A stretch of 15,900 nt of DNA, taken from the NCBI GenBank assembly GCA_005222975.1, contig NJBI01000066.1:1-15900 (forward strand). The letters are read 5' to 3'. Below are positions 1-9,158 of this stretch, piece after piece. Origin of the DNA: Promethearchaeota archaeon Loki_b31 (GTDB taxonomy: Archaea > Asgardarchaeota > Lokiarchaeia > Sigyniarchaeales > SOKP01). The notes beneath the pieces were generated by a model. That model saw only the letters and a list, made by a program, of their open reading frames with translations. It searched no databases and was not told the origin of the DNA. Each line of letters starts with the position of its first letter. The first letter of the stretch is position 1. Made by a program: the position numbers and the translations under genes.

Positions 1-99
1 CTGCCACACATTGGACGTACCAAAATTAATTGTTAGCTTGAATGACTTTGAATAACTAACACCTATAATAAACCATAACCTTAAAAAGATTTCGATTTA

Positions 100-127
100 A
101 AAAAATGCTAAGAAAAAAAAAATAAAA
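100..127 (-). terminator. Oligo-T terminator after aor
   Basis: Long A tracts on the + strand (T tracts on the - strand) adjacent to the aor stop. Confidence 0.5.
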
Positions 128-1990
128 TTATAAAATTCCAAGTTTTTCTAATTTTTCTTTAGTAGGCCATCCTGTCTCCCTGTCCCAACCACGTTTTTCA
201 TAATAGACTTTTAAGTTTTCTTCTAAATCAACAGCGATTCCAGCTGAACCTCCAGTTTCTAAAGCTGTTGATACAATCTTTGGTAAATAATCATCTTCTC
301 GCCTGCACCCTAGTTTACAAGAGATTAGCCTTTTTAGATTCGAAGCACGTTCTCCCATTTTGAACAAATTTCCACTACTTCCTAAAGATTGAATTCCAGT
401 AGATGCTTTTAATAACCTTGCTAAAGCTGTATCATTAAGATGAGTGAAATTACAAATTACAGCAGAATCGTAAACATTTGTTAAATCTTGGTAAAACATT
501 ATAGCTTTTTCTCTTTTATTTACTGTAAATCTATCTTTTTTTCTAATTTTTTGGAATGAAGCGGCATCACCATCAATATTAAAGAAATCACCCTTATTAT
601 GGTTTGCTCCTGTACAACCTGTCATGTAAGTAAGAGCTTGCCCAAGATATGCACGTGGATCATGCATTGGTACTTCTAAACCTTTTACATGAGCCGCTAA
701 ATCGGGATCAACACCCAGCTTTTCAGCCATTATTTTTACTCCCTCCGCTAATATGTTCCCAATTCCTTCTCTCCTAATAATTTGGTCTAATAATTTCAGA
801 ACAATTTTCTCATTTCCCCATCGAATTTCTTCAAGATTGATTTCATTTAGATATTTATTAATTTCATCCTTAGCAATGTTATTCTCGACTAAATATATTA
901 AAAATGATATTGATACTCCACTAGAAATTGTATCTAGCCCTTCAAGATTACACATATGGTTTGCTTTGATTATTGGTTTAAAATTAAGGATGCCACACAT
1001 TGGACCATAAGCAGCAGTGGTTTCGTATTCGGGACCATCAACTTCAGTCTCAATCCCATCGATTTCTGCCAAAGTTTTCCTCCCACAACCAATAGCACAT
1101 CCCGCACAGGCATACTTTAAAACCACATATTGCTCTTTTAATGCTCGCCCTGTAAGATCCTCTGCTATAAATTCAGTGTTAGTAAAATAGTTTGCTGGAA
1201 CATCTCCTATAACCATACCCATATCAGTGTATATTAAAGTTCCATAGTGAGAAAACATGTTTGATGCAAAAGAGATCATTACATTTTCTGATGTAGCTTT
1301 TCCTTGATTTCTTAATTCCTCCTTATCGAAATATTCGATTGTTTGGCTTCCTTTGATCGCAATAGCTTTTAATTTCTTTTTACCCATGAGTGCCCCTAAT
1401 CCACACCTACCCGCTGCTCTTCCCTCATCATTAATTATTGCAGCATACTTTACTAAATTTTCACCTGCTTTTCCAATACAAGCAATCCTAAGTTTATCAT
1501 CATCTAGAATCTCTCTAATTGACGTTATTGTTTCCCGTGTATTTTTTCCCCAAATATTTGCAGCATCTTTAATTTCGATTTCTCCATTATTAACTTGAAT
1601 GAATTTAGGCTGTTCACTTTCACCAGTGATTACTATTGCATCATATCCACTTCTCCTTAATGCAATCGGAAAAAAACCTCCTGAAGTTGATTCACCCCAA
1701 ATCCCTGTAAGAGGCGAAATCCCTGTAACACAATATCTACTACTAGAAGGTGTAGTAGTTCCTGTTAAAGGCCCTGTTGCAAAAATCAATGGGTTTTTAC
1801 TGAACAATGGGTCTTTTTGCAAGGTTTGATAATCACTTTCAGTAAGCAAATCATGTGTAAGCTTAGCTGAAAGCCCAGCTCCTCCTAAATAATCCTCAGC
1901 AATTTTCGGATCGAGATCCTTTACTTCTACATCTAAAGAACTTAAATCAATATACGCTATTTTACCATTATATCCATATAGTTTATCCAT
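128..1990 (-). CDS. aor: Tungsten-dependent aldehyde:ferredoxin oxidoreductase family protein
   Basis: 620 aa. N-terminal GYNGKIAYIDLS, SPLTG, GRCGLGALMGKKKLKAI, Fe-S motif CAGCAIGC, GPEYET, GLDTIS, HDPR, late Cys (SAVICNF) and YYEKRGWD C-terminus are all AOR-family hallmarks. GGAGG SD upstream overlaps the adh stop. Confidence 0.95.
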   Translation of the reverse strand: MDKLYGYNGKIAYIDLSSLDVEVKDLDPKIAEDYLGGAGLSAKLTHDLLTESDYQTLQKDPLFSKNPLIFATGPLTGTTTPSSSRYCVTGISPLTGIWGESTSGGFFPIALRRSGYDAIVITGESEQPKFIQVNNGEIEIKDAANIWGKNTRETITSIREILDDDKLRIACIGKAGENLVKYAAIINDEGRAAGRCGLGALMGKKKLKAIAIKGSQTIEYFDKEELRNQGKATSENVMISFASNMFSHYGTLIYTDMGMVIGDVPANYFTNTEFIAEDLTGRALKEQYVVLKYACAGCAIGCGRKTLAEIDGIETEVDGPEYETTAAYGPMCGILNFKPIIKANHMCNLEGLDTISSGVSISFLIYLVENNIAKDEINKYLNEINLEEIRWGNEKIVLKLLDQIIRREGIGNILAEGVKIMAEKLGVDPDLAAHVKGLEVPMHDPRAYLGQALTYMTGCTGANHNKGDFFNIDGDAASFQKIRKKDRFTVNKREKAIMFYQDLTNVYDSAVICNFTHLNDTALARLLKASTGIQSLGSSGNLFKMGERASNLKRLISCKLGCRREDDYLPKIVSTALETGGSAGIAVDLEENLKVYYEKRGWDRETGWPTKEKLEKLGIL

Positions 1991-2002
1991 TTTCTTTTCC
2001 TC

Positions 2003-3310
2003 CTATTTATAAAATAAATCCATTAGATCTTCTAATTTATTTTCGTATGCTGTTTCTAATATCTTTCTATATTGTGGGGGATTAATTCTACGAGTAGATG
2101 ATAACGTGCAATAATCATTAAACGCGAAATCAACCATTTGATCTATTTGTTTTTTATATTCTTCCTTTGGGATGTTGGGATTATCAAGCTCTTGGATTGA
2201 TAAAGGACAATTTACCTCGTCCATGAAATTCCTTAAACTAACGAGCAAATCTCTCAATATTTCGGCTCTATCTCGATCTTGAATTTTAATCCCAAAAAGC
2301 TTCGCAAGATCAAAGAATCTGTTAGTGACTTTTGCTTGAAAAGCAATAGATGCACATAAAAATAATCCTACACATATCCCATGATGAACGTGGAATAGAG
2401 CTCCAAACGAATGACCTAATGAATGTTCGATGCCACCAGATATGTTTCCAAAACCTATACCTGCGATGTAAGCTGCTATTTGCATTTTTTCACGGGCTTC
2501 CATATCGCTTCCTCTTTTAACAGAACGGGGTAAATATTTTAAGATCAGCTCAATTGCTTTCAAGTTATGCATATCTGTAAATAACGTACTCATTGTAAGC
2601 ATGTAAGAACCCATTGAATGGGCAAGTGCGTCCATGCCCGTTCCTGTGGTTAAATTAGCGGGCATTGTCTTTACAAAATCTGGATGAAGAACTACAAAAT
2701 CGGGACAAAATTCATATAATACTACCTCCGTCTTCTTCGGTGGATCTCTATCTGTGTCTGTTACAACTGCTATAAATGTAGTTTCTGCCCCAGTTCCAGA
2801 TGTTGTAGGTATTGCTGCTAATATTTTAACCCTTCTCCGGAGGCCAGCGTAGTAGGGAGCACTCATGTTGTTGATATTAATTTCGGGTTTTTCATAAAAT
2901 AACAGAATTAACTTTGCCGTATCCATGGCAGATCCTCCTCCAACAGCCAGAATTACTTTCGGATCGTATTCTTCACAGATTTTAGCCCCTTCAAGTACTG
3001 TATGCTTAGGGACGTCAGGAAGTACATTATCATAAAATTTACTATCAATATTTCGTTTAGACAGCCTGTTAGCAACTCTTTCCCCAAATTTGTGTAAATC
3101 CTTATCAACCACAATTAAAACACGCCTATCATCATCAGATAAATAGGCAGAGAGGTGATTAATAAAATCATTTAAACTATTAGTTCCAACGAAAGTGGTT
3201 TTTGGACTTATAATAGGTGAATGGTAACCCCTAAAAGCATTGGAACTTGCTTTGATATACATATCTTTGAGAAGATCATTTTCATACCACGCAATATCTC
3301 TTCTTGACAT
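2003..3310 (-). CDS. Iron-containing (type III) alcohol dehydrogenase
   Basis: GGGSAMDTAK, IPTTSGTGAE, metal ligands in DALAH and HSLGH...HHG. Lies 12 bp upstream of aor on the same strand (operon). Confidence 0.93.
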   Translation of the reverse strand: MSRRDIAWYENDLLKDMYIKASSNAFRGYHSPIISPKTTFVGTNSLNDFINHLSAYLSDDDRRVLIVVDKDLHKFGERVANRLSKRNIDSKFYDNVLPDVPKHTVLEGAKICEEYDPKVILAVGGGSAMDTAKLILLFYEKPEININNMSAPYYAGLRRRVKILAAIPTTSGTGAETTFIAVVTDTDRDPPKKTEVVLYEFCPDFVVLHPDFVKTMPANLTTGTGMDALAHSMGSYMLTMSTLFTDMHNLKAIELILKYLPRSVKRGSDMEAREKMQIAAYIAGIGFGNISGGIEHSLGHSFGALFHVHHGICVGLFLCASIAFQAKVTNRFFDLAKLFGIKIQDRDRAEILRDLLVSLRNFMDEVNCPLSIQELDNPNIPKEEYKKQIDQMVDFAFNDYCTLSSTRRINPPQYRKILETAYENKLEDLMDLFYK

Positions 3311-3430
3311 TAATATTTTTCACTATTTCGATTGTTTTTTTTATGAATATAATATACCATTATATTAAATATAGTTTTTTAAGCCAAATGAAAAGGTATA
3401 AAATACTTTAAGAACAAATATAAAATTATC

Positions 3431-3925
3431 ATGGTAAAACAATCAAAAGAAAAAATCTTAGCAAAAGCTTTTGAATTAGGTCAAAACTTTGAAAAAAAAA
3501 ATACTGGCTGTGCTCAAACATCATTAGCTGCTATATTTCAAGCATTAGGAATCTGGAATGATGATGTATTTAAAGCCGGAAGTGGGCTTGCTGATGGTTT
3601 AGGACTCACGGGAGACGGATCTTGTGGTGCTCTTGTAGGAGCATCCATGGTAATAGGCTACCTTTTTGGAAGAGAATATAAAGATTTTGGAGATATGTAT
3701 AAACCAATGGAATCATATAGGCTTGTTAAGAATCTTCATGATCAATATGTTGAAAAATACGGTTCTTGTAGATGTCATGATGTTCAAGAATCATTAGTGG
3801 GTAGAACTTATAATTTGTGGGATCCTAATGATCTAAAAGAAGCATTTAATTCCGGAATGATGGAACATTGTTCAAAACTTGTAGGCTCTATTTCCTTCAT
3901 TTTTATCGAACTAAATTTATTTTAG
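3431..3925 (+). CDS. C_GCAxxG_C_C family putative redox-active protein; C-terminus possibly replaced
   Basis: GCAQ, GLADGLG..GSCGALVG, SCRC and late HC motifs. The last ~12 residues (SISFIFIELNLF) come from intergenic-looking DNA. Confidence 0.85.
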   Translation: MVKQSKEKILAKAFELGQNFEKKNTGCAQTSLAAIFQALGIWNDDVFKAGSGLADGLGLTGDGSCGALVGASMVIGYLFGREYKDFGDMYKPMESYRLVKNLHDQYVEKYGSCRCHDVQESLVGRTYNLWDPNDLKEAFNSGMMEHCSKLVGSISFIFIELNLF

Positions 3926-4002
3926 AAATTTAAGATTATAATTTTAAATGTATAATTCTCAAAGCTAAACTATTGTAAAAAGTTTTATTTATTTAATTAA
4001 AT

Positions 4003-4851
4003 CGTGAATATCTTCACGATTACTATAGGAAAACCATTGGTAAGAAGCCGACCCATGCGCTAGTGATGCGCGGTATAGAGCGTCTCAAGCAACATGGTGT
4101 AGAATTTAATATATTAACATTAATTAACAACCAGACCGTAAAAAAAGCTAAAGAGATCTATCGCTACCATTGTGATAATGGTTTTTTTTTCCATCAGTAT
4201 ATCCCCTGCGTTGAATTTGACGAGGATGGTAATCTTAGGCCATTTTCTATTAATGGAGAAGATTGGGGTAAATTTCTCTTCGATTTATTCGAGGAGTGGA
4301 TAAAAGAAGATGTTAAAAGGGTTTCAATTCGTTTATTTGACTCAATTATGGAATATTTAGTCTACGGACGCTATAACGTTTGTTATATGGGAAAAAGTTG
4401 CGTTCAATATTTTGTTGTTGAATACGACGGTAGCGTATACCCGTGTGATTTTTTTGTACGCGATGACCTATTATTAGGAAATGTTAAAACTGATTCATGG
4501 AAAGACCTTTTATTATCTAAGAAATATCAAAGCTTTGGAAATCAAAAAGCAAATTGGAATCAAGAATGCGATTTATGCCCTTATCTTAATTTCTGTCATG
4601 GAGATTGCCAAAAATTTCGCTTTGGAGCGCCTAACTTTTCAAAAGAGTTAAGTGTTCTATGTAAAGGTTGGAAGTTGTTTTATTCTCGTACATTACCTCG
4701 TTTTAAAAGTATAGCAGAAAAATTTAAAGCTGAGCACCAAATTAACGCTCCAACACCCTTTAAAGCAAAAAAGATTGGAAGAAACGAGCCGTGCTCATGT
4801 GGAAGCTGAAAAAAGTATAAATATTGTTGCGGAAATATAAATACTAATTAA
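4003..4851 (+). pseudogene. 5'-truncated anaerobic sulfatase maturase-like radical SAM/SPASM gene with a SEC-C tail interrupted by TGA
   Basis: The frame is open upstream of the called start (EYLHDYYRKTIGKKPTHALVMRGIERLKQHGVEFNIL, typical anSME mid-region) back to a TAA at 3994. The CxxxCxxC motif is absent. SPASM cysteines are present (CYMGKSC, YPCD, CDLCPYLNFCHGDC, LC). SEC-C motif GRNEPCSCGS*KKYKYCC has TGA at 4807-4809 and the next stop at 4849-4851. Confidence 0.85.
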
Positions 4852-4872
4852 ACGATAAAATACTTAAAAAAA

Positions 4873-6012
4873 ATGGCAGATAAAGTAATAATAAATGGAT
4901 TTTGCGACGATCGGTTTATGGCAGTTAAGGAAGTTTTCGCGAAAAACTTTGAAGATGGATTGGATGTCGGAGCTTCATTTGCCGCAACGATTGACGGTAA
5001 ATACGTGATTGATATATGGGCGGGTTATGCTGACGCAGCTAAAACGCAACCATGGGAACGCGATACAATTATTAACGTATATTCAACTACAAAAGTAATG
5101 ACGGTTCTTTGTACGCTCATGTGTGTGGATAGAGGGTTGCTTGACCTTGACGCACCCGTTGCGAAGTACTGGCCTGAATTTGCTCAAGCTGGTAAAGATA
5201 AAATTCTTGTTCGCAATATTCTTAGTCATACTTCTGGTCTATCTGGTTTTGGTAAAATTGTTCGACTTAAAACGCTTTATAATTGGGATCGCATTATTAA
5301 AATACTCGCTGAACAAGAACCTTGGTGGGAACCCGGAACTCAAAGTGGATATCATTCTATAACGCACGGTTATTTATTAGGCGAATTGGTTCGTCGAGTT
5401 ACCGGTAAAACTGTTGGTACATTTTTTCGAGAGGAGGTTGCAATCCCACTTAACGCGGACTTTCACATTGGCTTAGCTGAAGAACACGACCACCGAGTTG
5501 CTGAATTATTACCCCCTGACCTAACCGAAATGGGCGATCTTAAAGACCTTGGACATATTGCTATCAAATCTCTTACTAACCCTATTGTTGAACCTAAAAA
5601 AGCTAGAGATAGAGCTTGGCTAGGCGCAGAGATTCCTGCAGCTAACGGTCAAGGTAACGCGAGATCAGTGGCTCGAGTAGCCTCGTTATTAGCTTGTGGA
5701 GGCCAAGTAGATGATATTCGCCTTCTTTCGCTTAAAACGATTGAAAAGTCGATCGAAGAACAAATTTACGGTATCGACCTCGTTCTAAACAACACGATAC
5801 GCTATGGTTTAGGTTGGGGGTTGACGAGCAAAGAAATGCCGATTAGTCCTAATCCCCGAACATTTTATTGGGGTGGATTTGGAGGGTCTGTAGTTGTAAT
5901 GGACCTCGACGCTAAATTAAGCTTTGCGTTTGTTATGAATAATATGGTGATGTCAATCACAGGCGACCCTCGTACAACTAAACTTGGTGAAGCGCTTTAT
6001 AAATCGTTATAA
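4873..6012 (+). CDS. Beta-lactamase-fold serine hydrolase (family VIII carboxylesterase, EstA/EstB-like)
   Basis: SxxK (YSTTK), LDLDAPVAKYWPEF, LSHTSGL, WEPGTQSGYH and WGGFGGS motifs. Confidence 0.92.
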   Translation: MADKVIINGFCDDRFMAVKEVFAKNFEDGLDVGASFAATIDGKYVIDIWAGYADAAKTQPWERDTIINVYSTTKVMTVLCTLMCVDRGLLDLDAPVAKYWPEFAQAGKDKILVRNILSHTSGLSGFGKIVRLKTLYNWDRIIKILAEQEPWWEPGTQSGYHSITHGYLLGELVRRVTGKTVGTFFREEVAIPLNADFHIGLAEEHDHRVAELLPPDLTEMGDLKDLGHIAIKSLTNPIVEPKKARDRAWLGAEIPAANGQGNARSVARVASLLACGGQVDDIRLLSLKTIEKSIEEQIYGIDLVLNNTIRYGLGWGLTSKEMPISPNPRTFYWGGFGGSVVVMDLDAKLSFAFVMNNMVMSITGDPRTTKLGEALYKSL

Positions 6013-6013
6013 C

Positions 6014-6032
6014 TCTTCTTTTTTATTTTTTT
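6014..6032 (+). terminator. Oligo-T terminator after the esterase
   Basis: TCTTCTTTTTTATTTTTTT directly downstream of TAA. Confidence 0.5.
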
Positions 6033-6155
6033 AAAACAAATACTTCTAATTATGATTTAAAATTTGTCATAACCAATTAGATTTATAAATATAAAAATCA
6101 AATATATTCACACTATTGTAATTAAAAAAAAATTTATTTTAAGAGTAGAAATTTT

Positions 6156-7916
6156 ATGACAGTACCTAAATGGTATGTTGATGATAGTAAACCTTGGCTT
6201 AAGAAATACCAAGATGGCGTCCCAAAACATCCAGAATTTCCAGTTATTAGTTTAGGTGACTGGTTTGACCAAAAAACTGAGGAATTTGCTAAGAATAAGT
6301 GTATATGGTTCGCAAAAACATTCATGAATTATCGAGTACTACGAAAATATACGGATTCTCTCGCTACCTCGTTATCACGGCAAGGAATAAAAAAAGGGGA
6401 TGTTGTCGCAATTCTACTTCCAAATTGTTTCCAATTTACAATAACCTATTTTGCGACTGTTAAATTAGGAGCCATAGTTATTCCGATAAATCCTACATAT
6501 AAACCGCTAGAAATCCTTCATGTGCTACAGCAAGTGAAACCAAAAGGATTGATTTGTATGGATGTAATGTATGGTTTGATTAAACCCATACAAGATAAAT
6601 ATAAATTTGACTTCGTGATTTCTACTTGTATTGTTGATTTAGCTGCGATACCTCCAGCGATTAAGGAGCAAATGCTGACTGATGGGACTATTCCCTCAGG
6701 AGAAGTTCCAGGAGCTATTAATTTCCTTGATGTATGCCAAAAACGTGGTGAAATTGACATTCTGGAAGTTGAAATTGATCCTTTAAATGATCCGGCAGTT
6801 TATTTAATGACTGGAGGAACAACAGGTGTTCCCAAACCTGCTATTATCACTCATTACAACTGTGTGACTAATGCTAAGCAAAATGTTATGTGGATGCCTG
6901 ATGCCTCTCACCCAATTGCATGTATCGGTATTTTACCCATGTTCCACGCTTTTGGGATGACAATTGTTCAAAATGTCGTTATTGAAGGGGGCGATTTTAA
7001 CATTCTTTTCGCAAAAAGAGAATTGGAATTAAAAGAAGTGGTAGATACCATAATAGAAGTTGGTCCTGAAGGTGGAGTTATTTTACCAGGAGTTGAAAAT
7101 CTTTTCATTGGTCTAACTCGCTATTTAAAAGCGAATCCCGAGCCTAGATTGGAAAAAATGTTTCGTTTGTGCGTTAGTGGTGCGGGACCGCTTCATAAAC
7201 CCGTAAAGGATGCATTCGAAGCAATCAGTAATGGACACCTTGTTGAGGCTTATGGACTTACGGAATGTACAACTGCAGTAAGTATAGGTCCATTCAACGG
7301 AACAGATACCCCAGGCACCATTGGTTTACCATTACCGGGTGTTGAATGGGCTATATTCGATTCAGAAGATTTCAGTAAGGGACAATTAAAAGGTTACGGA
7401 ATAGATTTTACAGGAGAAATCTGTGTATGTGGTCCACAAGTAATGAAAGGTTATTTAAATAGGCCTGAAGCCACAGCAGAAACCTTAAAGGAGTGGGAAG
7501 GACGAATTTGGTGTTTAACTGGAGATATTGGATACATGGACGAACACGGCCAAATGGTTATTCGAGATAGAAAGAAGCAAATGATTAAATATAAGGGTTA
7601 TTCCGTTTTTCCAAAGGAAGTAGAAGACCTATTGGGAACTCACCCTGATGTAATGGAAGTAGCTGTTTCTGGGTTGCCTGATCTTGAAACGGGAGAACTA
7701 GTAAAAGCATGGGTCCAACTAGAAGTCGAATCAGTGGGTAAAGTTACTTCTGAAGAGCTAATTGCTTGGAGTAAAGAAAATATTACGCATTATAAGTGCC
7801 CTAAACAAATTGAAATTATTGACGAAATTCCAAAATCTATGGTTGGAAAAGTCCAGAGAAGGGTTTTACAAATCAACGATCCTATCTGGAAAGAGAAATA
7901 CGGAGAAACTCAATAA
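6156..7916 (+). CDS. Long-chain fatty acid--CoA ligase (AMP-binding, FadD-like)
   Basis: MTGGTTGVPK, LPMFH, YGLTE, GPQVMKGY, TGDIG, DRKK and PKSMVGK adenylation motifs. Confidence 0.93.
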   Translation: MTVPKWYVDDSKPWLKKYQDGVPKHPEFPVISLGDWFDQKTEEFAKNKCIWFAKTFMNYRVLRKYTDSLATSLSRQGIKKGDVVAILLPNCFQFTITYFATVKLGAIVIPINPTYKPLEILHVLQQVKPKGLICMDVMYGLIKPIQDKYKFDFVISTCIVDLAAIPPAIKEQMLTDGTIPSGEVPGAINFLDVCQKRGEIDILEVEIDPLNDPAVYLMTGGTTGVPKPAIITHYNCVTNAKQNVMWMPDASHPIACIGILPMFHAFGMTIVQNVVIEGGDFNILFAKRELELKEVVDTIIEVGPEGGVILPGVENLFIGLTRYLKANPEPRLEKMFRLCVSGAGPLHKPVKDAFEAISNGHLVEAYGLTECTTAVSIGPFNGTDTPGTIGLPLPGVEWAIFDSEDFSKGQLKGYGIDFTGEICVCGPQVMKGYLNRPEATAETLKEWEGRIWCLTGDIGYMDEHGQMVIRDRKKQMIKYKGYSVFPKEVEDLLGTHPDVMEVAVSGLPDLETGELVKAWVQLEVESVGKVTSEELIAWSKENITHYKCPKQIEIIDEIPKSMVGKVQRRVLQINDPIWKEKYGETQ

Positions 7917-7920
7917 ACAT

Positions 7921-7940
7921 TATTCTTTTTTTTTATTATT
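7921..7940 (+). terminator. Oligo-T terminator after the acyl-CoA ligase
   Basis: TATTCTTTTTTTTTATTATT just downstream of the stop. Confidence 0.45.
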
Positions 7941-7986
7941 ACTTCTACTTTTTAATTCTATAGGATAGGATATAAAGAATTTTGAT

Positions 7987-9066
7987 TTGAAAAAATTGAT
8001 TAAGTACGAGACGGAACGATATATCGTTTCACAAATTAATGGTAAGTTAACAGGACAAGAAAAAGACCATAACATTTTAAAGAAAGATGATGTAGTATTA
8101 ATCCAAAAGCTAAAAAAAGGAAAAGAACTATTAAAATCTGTTTCTGACGCATTCGATAAAATTGAAGCTGAGTCTATAATTAATAAAGGAGATATTGTTG
8201 CTATTAAAGTAAATTTAGGTGGTGGTATTGATTATGTCCCTACTACATATTCAGACCCAGAGATTTGTGAAGCAATAATTAAAAAACTTCGAATAATGGG
8301 CGCCAAACCGTTTGTTTGCGAAGCTAATATGAGAGCGCGTATCATCCACGATAAGTTGTTAAAAATTAGGGGTTATTTTGATATGTTAAAGAGAAATAAT
8401 TGTAAATTTGTAAACTTATCAAAATATAATACCGTAGAAATGCATTGCCATCATCTAACAATACCATTAAGATTACCAGAAATTTTATTAAAACCACAAG
8501 TTAAAATTGTAAGCTTTGCTCCTCCTAAGCATCATTGGGAATGTGGAATTACTTGTAATCAGAAGAACATGTATGGAGCCATAGCAGAATTTAGAAAATC
8601 AAAATATCATCGTAAGTATGAAAGAATTGATCGAGCTATAGCCGCTGCTGCCAGAATAATGTCTCCCGATATCAACATTTTAGCTGCTTTCGATATAGGT
8701 ACTGGAGTAGGTCCACATTTTATATACTCCGTAGAAAACTTTGATCGTATGATAATCTCTAAGGATATGATAAGAGGAGACAAAGTTGCTTCAGAAATCC
8801 TTGCTTATCAGTTTCATCTCGTAAAATATGCAATGATTAATACAAAAGGCAAAAATATTGATTACTCCTTACATCCTGATTCAAGTTGGCCAGACCAAGA
8901 TTTGCTTGAACTAATAAAAGAACATGTTATGGATTATGGAGAGGTTAATTTTTGGAAACCCATTTTATATCTTCAATATTTTTTACCACATTATCTACAA
9001 ATTAAAATGTTTCCACAAATGGAGTTTTTCTTCACTTGGATTAACCGCGAGTTTTATAGTAATTAG
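7987..9066 (+). CDS. DUF362 domain-containing protein (putative Fe-S protein)
   Basis: GDIVAIKVNL, SDP..EAII and PKHH...ITCNQKNMYG match the DUF362 pattern KxN...KxH...T...KNxxG. TTG start is uncertain. Confidence 0.75.
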   Translation: MKKLIKYETERYIVSQINGKLTGQEKDHNILKKDDVVLIQKLKKGKELLKSVSDAFDKIEAESIINKGDIVAIKVNLGGGIDYVPTTYSDPEICEAIIKKLRIMGAKPFVCEANMRARIIHDKLLKIRGYFDMLKRNNCKFVNLSKYNTVEMHCHHLTIPLRLPEILLKPQVKIVSFAPPKHHWECGITCNQKNMYGAIAEFRKSKYHRKYERIDRAIAAAARIMSPDINILAAFDIGTGVGPHFIYSVENFDRMIISKDMIRGDKVASEILAYQFHLVKYAMINTKGKNIDYSLHPDSSWPDQDLLELIKEHVMDYGEVNFWKPILYLQYFLPHYLQIKMFPQMEFFFTWINREFYSN

Positions 9067-9158
9067 TAATCTAATCAAAGAATAAATTTTTTTATTTTAA
9101 TTTTTATATTATATAGTAATAATTAGGTAGAATTGCTGGAATGTTTTCTTTGTGTAAA

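Noticed and set aside
2-1005. Exact 15-mer TGCCACACATTGGAC at 2-16 and 991-1005
   Set aside because: One 15-bp match in 16 kb is compatible with chance, and the second copy is ordinary aor coding sequence.
753-1829. Plus-strand ORFs 753-1010, 1353-1598 and 1599-1829
   Set aside because: Antisense shadows of aor with no motifs.
5123-7968. Short ORFs 5123-5362, 6134-6325, 6518-6760 and 7762-7968
   Set aside because: They overlap the well-supported esterase or ligase in other frames or strands.
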